In this document: one piece after another, positions 12,205 through 25,144 of the stretch
Layout of the letters: each line of letters begins with the position of its first letter
Position numbering within the stretch: the stretch's first letter is position 1
DNA from: Escherichia coli
GTDB taxonomy: Bacteria > Pseudomonadota > Gammaproteobacteria > Enterobacterales > Enterobacteriaceae
NCBI RefSeq assembly: GCF_002854065.1
Contig: NZ_CP024147.1
Direction: 5' to 3' (one strand)
DNA length: 64,000 bases
Translations under genes and position numbers: made by a program
Notes under the pieces: generated by a model
Seen by the model: only the letters and a program-made list of their open reading frames with translations
What the model was told of the DNA's origin: nothing
Database searches by the model: none

Positions 12205-12280
12205 AGCCGCTAAGATATTAAAGGATGTGTCAAAGATGCATACCCCGATCGAGGTAAAACCTGTAGCAGGATCAAAAGAG
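12205..12280 (-). promoter_or_regulatory. napF promoter region: NarP/NarL 7-2-7 heptamer pair (about 12241..12256, TACCCCG-AT-CGAGGTA), candidate -10 TAATAT (about 12215..12220 on minus strand), weak candidate FNR half-site ATCAA about 20 bp further upstream
   Basis: Inverted heptamer pair read directly from the sequence; spacing to the -10 candidate fits the known napF P1 architecture (NarP at -44.5, FNR at -64.5). Only one good FNR half-site is visible. Coordinates approximate (±2). Confidence 0.55.
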
Positions 12281-12533
12281 TGGCGGGAAGCGTGGCAAAA
12301 ACGGGCTTTTGCTCACATTTCAAATGGTTATAAATATATTTATATAGCGATTAATTCACCAGAGATATTTCTGCTGGTTTGTTCTCTCATCAGAATTTAA
12401 CACTAAAAGAGCAGGTAAAATTGTCTGAATATTCTTTAAGTTATTCATAAAGCAAATTAATAAATCTGATGAATATGTTAACCTTCAGCGACATCATCGG
12501 TGCAAACCTATAAATGAAGAAGGAAAGCAAAAA

Positions 12534-13022
12534 ATGAAGACCATTCTACCTGCAGTATTGTTTGCCGCTTTCGCCACCACTTCCGCCTGGGCGGCAGAGA
12601 GCGTCCAGCCACTGGAAAAAATCGCGCCTTATCCACAAGCTGAAAAAGGCATGAAGCGTCAGGTGATTCAGTTAACCCCGCAAGAAGATGAATCTACCCT
12701 GAAAGTAGAACTGTTAATCGGTCAGACGCTGGAAGTCGATTGCAATTTTCATCGTCTCGGCGGGAAGCTGGAAAGCAAAACGCTGGAAGGCTGGGGCTAT
12801 GATTATTATGTCTTTGATAAAGTTAGCTCGCCGGTTTCCACGATGATGGCCTGCCCGGATGGCAAGAAAGAGAAGAAATTTGTCACCGCGTATCTGGGCG
12901 ATGCTGGAATGCTGCGTTACAACAGCAAGCTGCCGATCGTGGTGTATACGCCAGACAATGTAGATGTGAAGTACCGCGTCTGGAAGGCGGAAGAGAAAAT
13001 TGACAACGCGGTAGTTCGCTAA
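12534..13022 (+). CDS. eco: Ecotin, periplasmic serine protease inhibitor
   Basis: 162-aa ORF with signal peptide; sequence recognised as ecotin. Confidence 0.95.
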   Translation: MKTILPAVLFAAFATTSAWAAESVQPLEKIAPYPQAEKGMKRQVIQLTPQEDESTLKVELLIGQTLEVDCNFHRLGGKLESKTLEGWGYDYYVFDKVSSPVSTMMACPDGKKEKKFVTAYLGDAGMLRYNSKLPIVVYTPDNVDVKYRVWKAEEKIDNAVVR

Positions 13023-13024
13023 AC

Positions 13025-13395
13025 TGCCGTGAAGTGCGGCACCCCGTAGGTTGGATAAAGCGGTCACGCCGCATCCGACATCTAACGCCCGAGCCGGTTG
13101 CCTGATGCGACGCTGACGCGTGTTATCAGGCCTACACCGCTGTGAAGTGCTCCACCCCGTAGGTCGGATAAGGCGGTTACGCCGCATCCGACATCCAACG
13201 TCCGAGCCGGTTGCCTGATGCGACGCTGACGCGTCTTATCAGGCCTACACCGCTGTGAAGTGCGGCACCCCATAGGTTGGATAAGGCGGTTACGCCGCAT
13301 CCGACATCCAACGCCCGAGCCGGTTGCCTGATGCGACGCTGGCGCGTCTTATCAGCATACGCCACATCCGGCATACCATGCCGGATGTGGCACAT
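13025..13395. repeat. REP/BIME array: about three tandem copies of a ~114-bp unit rich in imperfect palindromes, between convergent eco and mqo
   Basis: Repeated motifs (gccgcatccgacatc..., gcctgatgcgacgctg.cgcgtcttatcaggcctac) read directly; spurious ORFs in the track show the repeating MRRNRLIRPTG peptide. Confidence 0.85.
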
Positions 13396-13397
13396 CA

Positions 13398-15056
<1,659 letters not shown>

Positions 15057-15261
15057 TTACTTTTAGTCGCTTTATTGCAGGTGAGATTTGCGCGGCATCA
15101 ACGGTAACACTTAAGTAACAACATTTAAATAATGTTTATAAATTATATTCTAATTTTAGAAACATTATAATTTCGTTGATTAATTATAGGGTTATTAGAA
15201 ATGAAGGGATTTTTAGCATATTGACCTGGCGGCAGCAGTCCGCCAGGTCAGCGTCGTAATA

Positions 15262-16905
15262 TTATGCCGTCCGGGCAACGGCATCACGCGAAGCGGCATC
15301 GCGCTCTTCGCCCGTCAGCTCGCTAAGTTGCCCGTTGCGCATCTCCAGCAGGCGGTCGGCGTGGATAAAGTAATGATCATCATGACTGATGGCGAAAATA
15401 GTTTTACCCATCTCCTGCATCAGCGGCAGCAACACCTGATAAAACTCACGACGGAAGTGTGGATCCTGATCCGCCGCCCATTCATCCAGCAGGATAATAT
15501 CGCGTTCTTCTGCCAGCGCCAGCAACAGCGCCACGCGTTTTTTCTGCCCTTTTGATAACTTCAGGTTAACAATACGCCCGTTGCTTAACTCAAGCTTATG
15601 AGCCATTTTCAGCTGCGCCAGCCACTTCTCAACCAGTTGCGGGTTAGCGGGTTTACCCTCCGGCCCCAGCAGTTGATCAAACAGCCAGACATCGGTAAAC
15701 ACTGCCGAAAACAGTTTGCGATAATCTTCCGGTTGTTCGCCGCTGACAGGTTTGCCATCCAGCAAGATTTCGCCGCTTTGTGGCTGATACAAGCCCGTCA
15801 ACAACATCGCCAGCGTCGATTTTCCGCTACCGTTGCCGCCAATCAGAAACAGCAGCTCGCCACGTTTGATGGTGAGATTAATCGGACCAACGGAAAACGC
15901 GTTATCCTGATAAGCAAACGTCACGTTACGCAGCTCCAGCGTTTGCCAGTTGGGAAACGCCTGCGGGCGCGGAAACTCTGCTTTGAAAGGCGCGAGCGCG
16001 AATTTGTTCAGCTTGTTAAACGCCACCTGCGCCGTCAGCAGCGTCGGCAATGCGCCAACCGCCGAAAGCAGCGGCGTACGCAGGAATAAAAGCGTCAACG
16101 AATAGGTCGCGGCAACGTTGGTATCAGCCCAACCGAGGCTGTTCGCCATCCAGAACACCAGGCCGATTGCGCCCAGCATCATGATGTTTGACCAGTTCAC
16201 GGCACTAAGATGGAAGGTGTCTGCGCGAATAATATGATGGCGATACTCTTGCGCATCAGGAATGTAGAGGTTGTTAAACACATACTCGGCGCGTTCCCGG
16301 TTCAGAGTCAGCTCTTTGCGCCCTTCAAGTACAGTTTGAAAATCCGTGTACAGCTTGTCTTCGGTTTCACGCAGGGTCGCCATATGTTTGTACACCCGCG
16401 CCACCAGCACAAAACCGCCCCAGATGGTGATCGCCATCCAGATAGCCGTTACCAGCAACATTTTGCCCGACAGCATCCACAGATACGCCGCAGAACCGAT
16501 AGTGAGAATGATCCCCTGCACCAGTTCCGGCAGACGCACAAAAGCAATGGTGATATTACGCACATCGCTGGTTAATCCCGCCAGCAACGAGGCGCTACCG
16601 AGTTGTTCAATGCGCTCGACGTGAGTATCCAGAATCCGCTTGATAAATTCACTACGCAGTCGGTAAACGAAGTGATGCCCCAAAGTGGTGAGCGCCAGTT
16701 GCGATCCGAGAGTGACTGCCATCAACAGCAGCAATAATCCCAGAAACTCCGGCAACACCAGCAGACTGGTATCCGCCGTTTCGATAAGGCGCTGATTGAT
16801 AAAAGCAATTAAGCCAATGCCTAAAGCCGCACTGGCGAGGCTTAGCGCCATCACACTGATAAATGGCCAGCGATACTGCCGCCAGACAAGTACAAGAAGT
16901 TCCAT
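15262..16905 (-). CDS. yojI: ABC transporter, fused permease/ATPase (microcin J25 efflux YojI)
   Basis: 547-aa ORF with N-terminal transmembrane domain and C-terminal ABC ATPase (Walker [10 protein letters not shown]; signature LSKGQKKR). Confidence 0.9.
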
Positions 16906-16980
16906 GCAGAAAACCCGGACAATGAATTACAGCCCGCAGTTTAAACATCTTCGCGCGCACAGCAATAATAATTCTTATTT

Positions 16981-17631
16981 TTATTCTTTTTTACCTGCCT
17001 GACGGAATGTCAGGTTGTAGCGGCAGTCGGTGGTGAGTGGATGAAACCCCGCTTTCAACGGTTGAATACCGTGATAAAACAGCCGCGATTCACCGCCCCA
17101 TACCACCACATCGCCATGTTCCAACAACAAACGTTTGAGCGGATCATTACGTTTCAGGCCACCAAATTGAAAAATCGCGGGTAAGCCCAGAGAAACAGAA
17201 ACAATTGGCGCGCGCAGATCCGGTTCGTCTTTATCCTGATGCAGCGACAGTTTCGCGCCAGGAGCGTAGCGGTTGATAAGACAAGCATCTGGCTGGAAAT
17301 CTGGATAGCCCGCCGCCGTAGCCGCACGTTGACATAAATTATGAAAACTCTGCGGCATGGCGGGCCACGGTTTATTTGTTTGCGGATCAATGGGCGAATA
17401 GAGATAACCTTGCCGATGGGTCGTCCAGCCCAGATGCCCACAGTTGGTCATCGCCACCGACATGGTATATCCCCCGGGGGTGACCATCTGGCGAAACGGC
17501 GACTGGCTGGCAACGTCATTAATATCGCGGATCAGTTGCTCCGCAGCGTTAAAAGCAAAACGCCGTAAAATTACCGCACCAGCCGCCAGTGGCTCTTGCC
17601 ACGGTTCAGCATCGGCAAACAGATCCAACAT
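16981..17631 (-). CDS. alkB: Alpha-ketoglutarate/Fe(II)-dependent DNA dioxygenase AlkB
   Basis: 216-aa ORF recognised as AlkB (HQDKDE region); immediately downstream of ada. Confidence 0.93.
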   Translation of the reverse strand: MLDLFADAEPWQEPLAAGAVILRRFAFNAAEQLIRDINDVASQSPFRQMVTPGGYTMSVAMTNCGHLGWTTHRQGYLYSPIDPQTNKPWPAMPQSFHNLCQRAATAAGYPDFQPDACLINRYAPGAKLSLHQDKDEPDLRAPIVSVSLGLPAIFQFGGLKRNDPLKRLLLEHGDVVVWGGESRLFYHGIQPLKAGFHPLTTDCRYNLTFRQAGKKE

Positions 17632-18695
17632 TACCTCTCCTCATTTTCAGCTTCGCGGCGCAGCAGTTGCGCTTTGCGCGACGCGCCCCAGCGGTAACCT
17701 GAAAGCGATCCATCACCGCGTACTACCCGATGACAGGGTATAACGATAGCCAGCTTGTTGGCGGCACAGGCACTTGCAACGGCCCGTACCGCTTTCGGTT
17801 TGCCGATGGCGTTAGCCAGTTGCTGATAACTGACGGTTTCACCGCAAGGTATCGTGCGCAGTGCCTGCCAGACTTGTTGCTGAAAAGCAGTGCCGCGAAT
17901 ATCCAGCGGTAACGTCAGCGGCGTATCGCGTTGATTGAGGCTGGCGATCACTTCACGCACATGTTGCTGAAACGTCAGATCGGCAGGCGCGTTGTCGGCA
18001 GCGGGAAACATCTGCTGCAACTCGCTGATTAATGTCGCGTCATCATCGCCCAGCAATATCGCGCAAATCCCCCGCTCGCTTTCTGCCACCAGGCAACGAC
18101 CCAGCGCACAATCAGCCAGCGCGTAACGCACCGCCAGATTTTCGCCACCGTGACGGAATTGTTTAGCCGTCATGCCCAGCGTTTCGTCAGCTTTGCGGTA
18201 GTAACTGCTGCTGTCGGGGAATCCGGCGTTAAGAATAGACGTCGTCACGCTCTCCCCTTTCGCCAGCGATTCGCGCAAACGGCGAACGCGCCAGGCCTGT
18301 TGCCAGGCTTTAGGCGTCATTCCGGTAGTCGCTTTAAACAACCGATGCAGATGGAACGGACTCATCGCCACCTGGTCGGCTAAGACTTCCAGCGTTACAG
18401 GCGTTTCCTGTTCCAGCAGTCGACACGCGTGGGTGATTTTATCCAACCGATGTTGCCGGGGATTGGCTTTGTCTGGCTGACAACGTTTGCAGGGGCGAAA
18501 TCCGGCGGCGAGTGCCTCGCTGGCATTTGCGTAGAAGGAGACGTTTTCCCGCAAAGCATGTCTGGCGCGGCAAGACGGACGGCAAAAGATGCCTGTGGTG
18601 CGCACGGCGAAAACGAATTCGCCGTCGGCATTCGGGTCGCGGGCTAAGACAGATTGCCAGCGTTGATCGTCAGTTAAGCATGTGGCGTTTTTCAT
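17631..18695 (-). CDS. ada: Bifunctional transcriptional regulator / O6-methylguanine-DNA methyltransferase Ada
   Basis: 354-aa ORF with N-terminal Zn Cys cluster (CRPSCRARH...CKRCQP), AraC-type HTH, and C-terminal PCHRV active site. Confidence 0.94.
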   Translation of the reverse strand: MKNATCLTDDQRWQSVLARDPNADGEFVFAVRTTGIFCRPSCRARHALRENVSFYANASEALAAGFRPCKRCQPDKANPRQHRLDKITHACRLLEQETPVTLEVLADQVAMSPFHLHRLFKATTGMTPKAWQQAWRVRRLRESLAKGESVTTSILNAGFPDSSSYYRKADETLGMTAKQFRHGGENLAVRYALADCALGRCLVAESERGICAILLGDDDATLISELQQMFPAADNAPADLTFQQHVREVIASLNQRDTPLTLPLDIRGTAFQQQVWQALRTIPCGETVSYQQLANAIGKPKAVRAVASACAANKLAIVIPCHRVVRGDGSLSGYRWGASRKAQLLRREAENEER

Positions 18696-18699
18696 AATC

Positions 18700-18775
18700 A
18701 GCTCCCTGGTTAAGGATAGCCTTTAGTCTGCCCGGTCACCATGGCACAAAAACCAACAATCTTGCGCTTTAATTT
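18700..18775 (-). promoter_or_regulatory. ada promoter with Ada box (AAATTAAAGCGCAAGATTGTTGG on the minus strand), overlapping the 3' end of apbE
   Basis: Minus-strand sequence upstream of the ada ATG reads ...aaaaaaattaaagcgcaagattgttggtttttgtgccatggtgaccgggcag..., containing the AAAGCGCA Ada recognition element. Confidence 0.7.
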
Positions 18776-19824
18776 TTTTCGCTGATAAGGAAGCTTTTAA
18801 ACTGCGGCGACATCCAGGTTTTAAAGCTATCACCTTCTTTGGTGATCATGTAGACCGCCAGCCCTTCCCGGCGAACAACCTCTTTGGCTTTCTCCGGCCC
18901 GAGCACCATTAAGCCAGTATCCCAGGCATCGGCTTCCAGCGCCGTCGGAGCAATCACCGTCACGGATACCAGATTGTGTTCGATGGGACGCCCGGTTTGC
19001 GGATCGATAACATGGGAAAGACGTTTGCCGTCCAGTTCGTAATAGTTACGGTAGCTGCCAGAGGTGCTAATCCCATGACCGTTGATATCCACCACAGCCT
19101 GAACCGCGTTTTCTTTATCGGTTGGTTTTTGAATCGCTACCCGCCACGGCAGGCCTTCACCGTTCATACCACGGCTGTTCAGCGCGCCGCCCACCGACAC
19201 CAGATAGCGGGAAATCCCTTCCTGCTCCATCAAGCGTGCCAGGTGATCCGCCGCATAACCTTCGCCGACGGTAGAGAGATCGACATATAAATCCGGCAGG
19301 TCTTTTTGCAGATATTGCTGATGCGACTGATTAATGACCGTCAGGTGCTGTAAGCCAGTTTTGGCTTTCATCGCATCGATCTGTTCCTGGCTCGGAATTT
19401 GAACCGGCTGTTGTTCCGGGCCAAAGCCCCACAGATTCACCAGCGGCCCGACGGTTATATCCATCGCACCATCGGTCCTTGCGCCAATGCGCAGCGAGGT
19501 GGTGACGATATCGGCCATCGCTTCACTTACCGGCCACGGCGACAAACTTTGCGAGTCGTTAAAGCGCATCAGCGCGGAATCTTTTTTATAGGTCGAAAGC
19601 AGCTGATCGTCGGCGTCCAGCTGGGTCTGAATCTTTTCTTTAAGTTCGGCGCTGCGTTTGGCGTCAATGCCCGGGATGCTGGCACGCCAGAAGGTACCCA
19701 TAGTTTTGCCTTCAAGAACGGTAACTTCAGTAGCGTGGGTTTTGGCGGGTTGTGGTTTTTGATCGCAACCAACAAAGAAGAGCGCGGCAGCCAGCAGTGC
19801 CACACGGGTAAAGCTTATTTCCAT
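18769..19824 (-). CDS. apbE: FAD:protein FMN transferase ApbE
   Basis: 351-aa ORF with lipoprotein-type signal (LFFVGC) recognised as ApbE. Confidence 0.9.
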   Translation of the reverse strand: MEISFTRVALLAAALFFVGCDQKPQPAKTHATEVTVLEGKTMGTFWRASIPGIDAKRSAELKEKIQTQLDADDQLLSTYKKDSALMRFNDSQSLSPWPVSEAMADIVTTSLRIGARTDGAMDITVGPLVNLWGFGPEQQPVQIPSQEQIDAMKAKTGLQHLTVINQSHQQYLQKDLPDLYVDLSTVGEGYAADHLARLMEQEGISRYLVSVGGALNSRGMNGEGLPWRVAIQKPTDKENAVQAVVDINGHGISTSGSYRNYYELDGKRLSHVIDPQTGRPIEHNLVSVTVIAPTALEADAWDTGLMVLGPEKAKEVVRREGLAVYMITKEGDSFKTWMSPQFKSFLISEKN

Positions 19825-19892
19825 ACGTGATTATCCTCATGCGAACGGTCGCAAGAGTACACCAAAAAACTGAGTTTGTACGCTGAAAACAA

Positions 19893-19916
19893 TGAAAAAA
19901 GGGCCCGCAGGCCCTT
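19893..19916 (-). terminator. Rho-independent terminator downstream of ompC
   Basis: GC hairpin GGGCC-TGC-GGGCC followed by a T-run on the minus strand, just after the ompC stop. Confidence 0.65.
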
Positions 19917-19935
19917 TGTTCGATATCAATCGAGA

Positions 19936-21078
<1,143 letters not shown>

Positions 21079-21189
21079 TTATATGCCTTTATTTGCTTTT
21101 TTATGCCACTGCATACTGATTAACCCTCATTAATCAGTCGGCAAGTCCATTCTCCCCAAAAATGCAGAATAATCCAACACGAATATGAT

Positions 21190-21250
21190 ACTAAAACTTT
21201 TAAGATGTTTCATTTATCGCTATAGATGTTTCAAAATGTAAATGCAAGGG
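21190..21250. promoter_or_regulatory. OmpR-binding region of the divergent ompC/micF control region
   Basis: Repeated GTTTCA / TGAAACATCT-type boxes (minus-strand TTTACATTTTGAAACATCTA) about 130-190 bp upstream of the ompC start. Coordinates approximate. Confidence 0.6.
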
Positions 21251-21397
21251 AACTTTTTAAGATTATTACGGAATGGCGAAATAAGCACCTAACATCAAGC
21301 AATAATAATTCAAGGTTAAAATCAATAACTTATTCTTAAGTATTTGACAGCACTGAATGTCAAAACAAAACCTTCACTCGCAACTAGAATAACTCCC

Positions 21398-21490
21398 GCT
21401 ATCATCATTAACTTTATTTATTACCGTCATTCATTTCTGAATGTCTGTTTACCCCTATTTCAACCGGATGCCTCGCATCCGGTTTTTTTT
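21398..21490 (+). ncRNA. micF: MicF antisense sRNA (93 nt)
   Basis: Sequence GCTATCATCATTAACTTTATTTATTACCGTCATTCATTTCTGAATGTCTGTTTACCCCTATTTCAACCGGATGCCTCGCATCCGGTTTTTTTT, ending in its own hairpin plus U-tract; divergent from ompC. Confidence 0.9.
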
Positions 21491-21801
21491 ACCCTTCTTT
21501 ACACACTTTTCATTATTCTGTGCTACCACAGAAAAACTATAACGCTTGTTAACTATTTCACAAATAATTAACATCAGCATAATTTCCAGCAATCTTTGTT
21601 TATTTGCAATTATTTTTGTTGGGCTTTTTGTAGGTTATTTGTACAGCAAAATGGCGCTTGTACATCTATTTCCCCCAATGCAGGATGATAAATATCACGG
21701 GAGAATAGAGAATCATCAATCAGGTAAGAGTCTGGAATTTCACACTGTACCCTTTATACTGCCCTATCACTTCGCGAAGTTTTAACAGGTCATAAACACG
21801 A

Positions 21802-24474
21802 ATGCGTCAGAAAGAGACAACGGCCACGACCCGCTTTTCACTCCTACCGGGGAGCATTACCCGCTTCTTTTTACTGTTGATCATTGTGTTACTGGTGACG
21901 ATGGGGGTAATGGTACAAAGCGCCGTTAACGCCTGGCTGAAAGATAAAAGTTACCAGATTGTCGACATTACCCACGCAATCCAAAAGCGCGTCGATACCT
22001 GGCGTTACGTGACCTGGCAGATCTACGACAACATTGCCGCGACGACCTCCCCCTCCTCCGGCGAAGGTTTACAAGAGACGCGCCTGAAACAGGATGTCTA
22101 CTATCTGGAAAAACCGCGCCGCAAAACGGAAGCGTTAATCTTTGGCTCTCACGACAACTCAACGCTTGAGATGACTCAACGGATGTCCACCTATCTGGAC
22201 ACATTGTGGGGCGCAGAAAATGTACCGTGGTCGATGTATTACCTGAATGGTCAGGATAACAGTCTGGTGCTGATCTCAACCCTGCCCCTCAAAGATCTCA
22301 CCTCCGGATTTAAAGAATCGACCGTCAGTGACATTGTTGATTCACGTCGTGCAGAGATGTTGCAACAGGCCAACGCCCTCGATGAACGCGAAAGTTTTTC
22401 TAACATGCGCCGCCTGGCCTGGCAGAACGGTCATTACTTTACCTTGCGTACCACGTTCAACCAGCCGGGACATCTGGCAACGGTTGTGGCTTTTGATCTG
22501 CCGATTAATGATTTGATCCCACCGGGTATGCCGCTGGACAGTTTCCGCCTTGAGCCAGACGCGACGGCAACGGGAGACAATGATAATGAGAAAGAAGGGA
22601 CGGATAGCGTCAGTATCCACTTTAACAGTACGAAGATTGAAATCTCCTCGGCACTCAACTCTACCGATATGCGACTGGTCTGGCAGGTTCCTTATGGCAC
22701 CTTATTGCTGGATACGTTGCAAAACATTCTGCTGCCACTGCTGCTGAACATCGGTTTGCTGGCGCTGGCGTTATTTGGCTATACCACATTCCGCCATTTC
22801 TCCAGTCGCAGTACAGAAAGTCTACCCAACACGGCGGTCAATAACGAATTGCGCATTTTACGGGCAATCAATGAAGAGATAGTCTCACTGCTGCCGCTCG
22901 GCCTGCTGGTTCACGATCAGGAATCGAACCGCACTGTCATAAGTAACAAAATTGCCGATCATTTGCTGCCGCATTTGAATCTGCAAAACATCACCACCAT
23001 GGCGGAACAGCATCAGGGGATTATTCAGGCGACGATCAATAACGAGCTGTATGAGATCCGCATGTTCCGCAGCCAGGTCGCGCCGCGCACACAAATTTTC
23101 ATTATTCGCGATCAGGATCGCGAAGTGCTGGTAAACAAGAAACTCAAGCAGGCGCAGCGTCTGTATGAGAAAAACCAGCAGGGGCGGATGACCTTTATGA
23201 AAAACATTGGCGATGCGCTGAAAGAACCTGCACAGTCCCTGGCGGAGAGCGCGGCTAAACTCAACGCCCCGGAAAGCAAACAACTGGCGAATCAGGCAGA
23301 TGTGCTGGTGCGGCTGGTCGATGAAATACAGTTAGCGAACATGCTTGCGGACGATAGCTGGAAAAGTGAGACGGTGCTGTTCTCCGTGCAGGATTTAATT
23401 GATGAAGTTGTGCCTTCAGTGTTGCCTGCCATCAAGCGTAAAGGTCTGCAACTGCTGATTAACAATCATCTGAAAGCACACGATATGCGCCGCGGCGATC
23501 GCGATGCCTTACGACGTATTTTGCTGCTACTGATGCAATATGCCGTGACCTCAACGCAATTGGGAAAAATCACCCTTGAGGTTGATCAGGATGAGTCCTC
23601 CGAAGACCGCCTGACGTTCCGCATTCTGGACACCGGAGAAGGCGTAAGCATTCATGAAATGGATAATTTGCACTTCCCGTTTATCAACCTGACCCAAAAC
23701 GATCGCTATGGCAAGGCGGACCCGCTGGCATTCTGGCTGAGCGATCAACTGGCACGTAAACTGGGCGGTCATTTAAACATCAAAACGCGGGATGGGCTTG
23801 GTACACGCTACTCTGTGCATATCAAAATGCTCGCAGCTGACCCGGAAGTTGAAGAGGAAGAAGAGCGTTTACTGGATGATGTCTGCGTAATGGTGGATGT
23901 TACTTCGGCAGAAATTCGGAATATTGTCACTCGCCAGTTAGAAAATTGGGGTGCAACCTGTATCACACCCGATGAAAGATTAATTAGTCAAGATTATGAT
24001 ATCTTTTTAACGGATAATCCGTCTAATCTTACTGCCTCTGGCTTGCTTTTAAGCGATGATGAGTCTGGCGTACGGGAAATTGGGCCTGGTCAATTGTGCG
24101 TCAACTTCAATATGAGCAACGCTATGCAGGAAGCGGTCTTACAATTAATTGAAGTGCAACTGGCGCAGGAAGAGGTGACAGAATCGCCTCTGGGCGGAGA
24201 TGAAAATGCGCAACTCCATGCCAGCGGCTATTATGCGCTCTTTGTAGACACAGTACCGGATGATGTTAAGAGGCTGTATACTGAAGCAGCAACCAGTGAC
24301 TTTGCTGCGTTAGCCCAAACGGCTCATCGTCTTAAAGGCGTATTTGCCATGCTAAATCTGGTACCCGGCAAGCAGTTATGTGAAACGCTGGAACATCTGA
24401 TTCGTGAGAAGGATGTTCCAGGAATAGAAAAATACATCAGCGACATTGACAGTTATGTCAAGAGCTTGCTGTAG
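21802..24474 (+). CDS. rcsD: Phosphotransfer intermediate protein RcsD
   Basis: 890-aa ORF with N-terminal transmembrane segments and C-terminal HPt-like region; located upstream of rcsB. Confidence 0.92.
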   Translation: MRQKETTATTRFSLLPGSITRFFLLLIIVLLVTMGVMVQSAVNAWLKDKSYQIVDITHAIQKRVDTWRYVTWQIYDNIAATTSPSSGEGLQETRLKQDVYYLEKPRRKTEALIFGSHDNSTLEMTQRMSTYLDTLWGAENVPWSMYYLNGQDNSLVLISTLPLKDLTSGFKESTVSDIVDSRRAEMLQQANALDERESFSNMRRLAWQNGHYFTLRTTFNQPGHLATVVAFDLPINDLIPPGMPLDSFRLEPDATATGDNDNEKEGTDSVSIHFNSTKIEISSALNSTDMRLVWQVPYGTLLLDTLQNILLPLLLNIGLLALALFGYTTFRHFSSRSTESLPNTAVNNELRILRAINEEIVSLLPLGLLVHDQESNRTVISNKIADHLLPHLNLQNITTMAEQHQGIIQATINNELYEIRMFRSQVAPRTQIFIIRDQDREVLVNKKLKQAQRLYEKNQQGRMTFMKNIGDALKEPAQSLAESAAKLNAPESKQLANQADVLVRLVDEIQLANMLADDSWKSETVLFSVQDLIDEVVPSVLPAIKRKGLQLLINNHLKAHDMRRGDRDALRRILLLLMQYAVTSTQLGKITLEVDQDESSEDRLTFRILDTGEGVSIHEMDNLHFPFINLTQNDRYGKADPLAFWLSDQLARKLGGHLNIKTRDGLGTRYSVHIKMLAADPEVEEEEERLLDDVCVMVDVTSAEIRNIVTRQLENWGATCITPDERLISQDYDIFLTDNPSNLTASGLLLSDDESGVREIGPGQLCVNFNMSNAMQEAVLQLIEVQLAQEEVTESPLGGDENAQLHASGYYALFVDTVPDDVKRLYTEAATSDFAALAQTAHRLKGVFAMLNLVPGKQLCETLEHLIREKDVPGIEKYISDIDSYVKSLL

Positions 24475-24490
24475 CAAGGTAGCCTATTAC

Positions 24491-25141
24491 ATGAACAATA
24501 TGAACGTAATTATTGCCGATGACCATCCGATAGTCTTGTTCGGTATTCGCAAATCACTTGAGCAAATTGAGTGGGTGAATGTTGTCGGCGAATTTGAAGA
24601 CTCTACAGCACTGATCAACAACCTGCCGAAACTGGATGCGCATGTGTTGATTACCGATCTCTCCATGCCTGGCGATAAGTACGGCGATGGCATTACCTTA
24701 ATTAAGTACATCAAGCGCCATTTCCCAAGCCTGTCGATCATTGTTCTGACTATGAACAACAACCCGGCGATTCTTAGTGCGGTATTGGATCTGGATATCG
24801 AAGGGATCGTGCTAAAACAAGGTGCACCGACCGATCTGCCGAAAGCTCTCGCCGCGCTGCAGAAAGGGAAGAAATTTACCCCGGAAAGCGTTTCTCGCCT
24901 GTTGGAAAAAATCAGTGCTGGTGGTTACGGTGACAAGCGTCTCTCGCCAAAAGAGAGTGAAGTTCTGCGCCTGTTTGCGGAAGGCTTCCTGGTGACCGAG
25001 ATCGCTAAAAAGCTGAACCGCAGTATTAAAACCATCAGTAGCCAGAAGAAATCTGCGATGATGAAGCTGGGTGTCGAGAACGATATCGCCCTGCTGAATT
25101 ATCTCTCTTCTGTGACCTTAAGTCCGGCAGATAAAGACTAA
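24491..25141 (+). CDS. rcsB: Response regulator RcsB (LuxR/FixJ family)
   Basis: Start at MNNMNVIIADDHP (codon 16 of track ORF 24446..25141), giving 216 aa; receiver domain plus C-terminal HTH. Confidence 0.95.
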   Translation: MNNMNVIIADDHPIVLFGIRKSLEQIEWVNVVGEFEDSTALINNLPKLDAHVLITDLSMPGDKYGDGITLIKYIKRHFPSLSIIVLTMNNNPAILSAVLDLDIEGIVLKQGAPTDLPKALAALQKGKKFTPESVSRLLEKISAGGYGDKRLSPKESEVLRLFAEGFLVTEIAKKLNRSIKTISSQKKSAMMKLGVENDIALLNYLSSVTLSPADKD

Positions 25142-25144
25142 TCA

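Noticed and set aside
15215-15260. 10-bp-stem hairpin (gacctggcgg...ccgccaggtc) downstream of yojI as a terminator
   Set aside because: No U-tract follows on either strand, so I cannot support it as an intrinsic terminator; it may be a REP-like or Rho-dependent element.
21546-21785. 79-aa ORF in the micF-rcsD intergenic region
   Set aside because: AT-rich, hydrophobic low-complexity translation in a known promoter region, with no ribosome-binding-site context that I can see; most likely non-coding.
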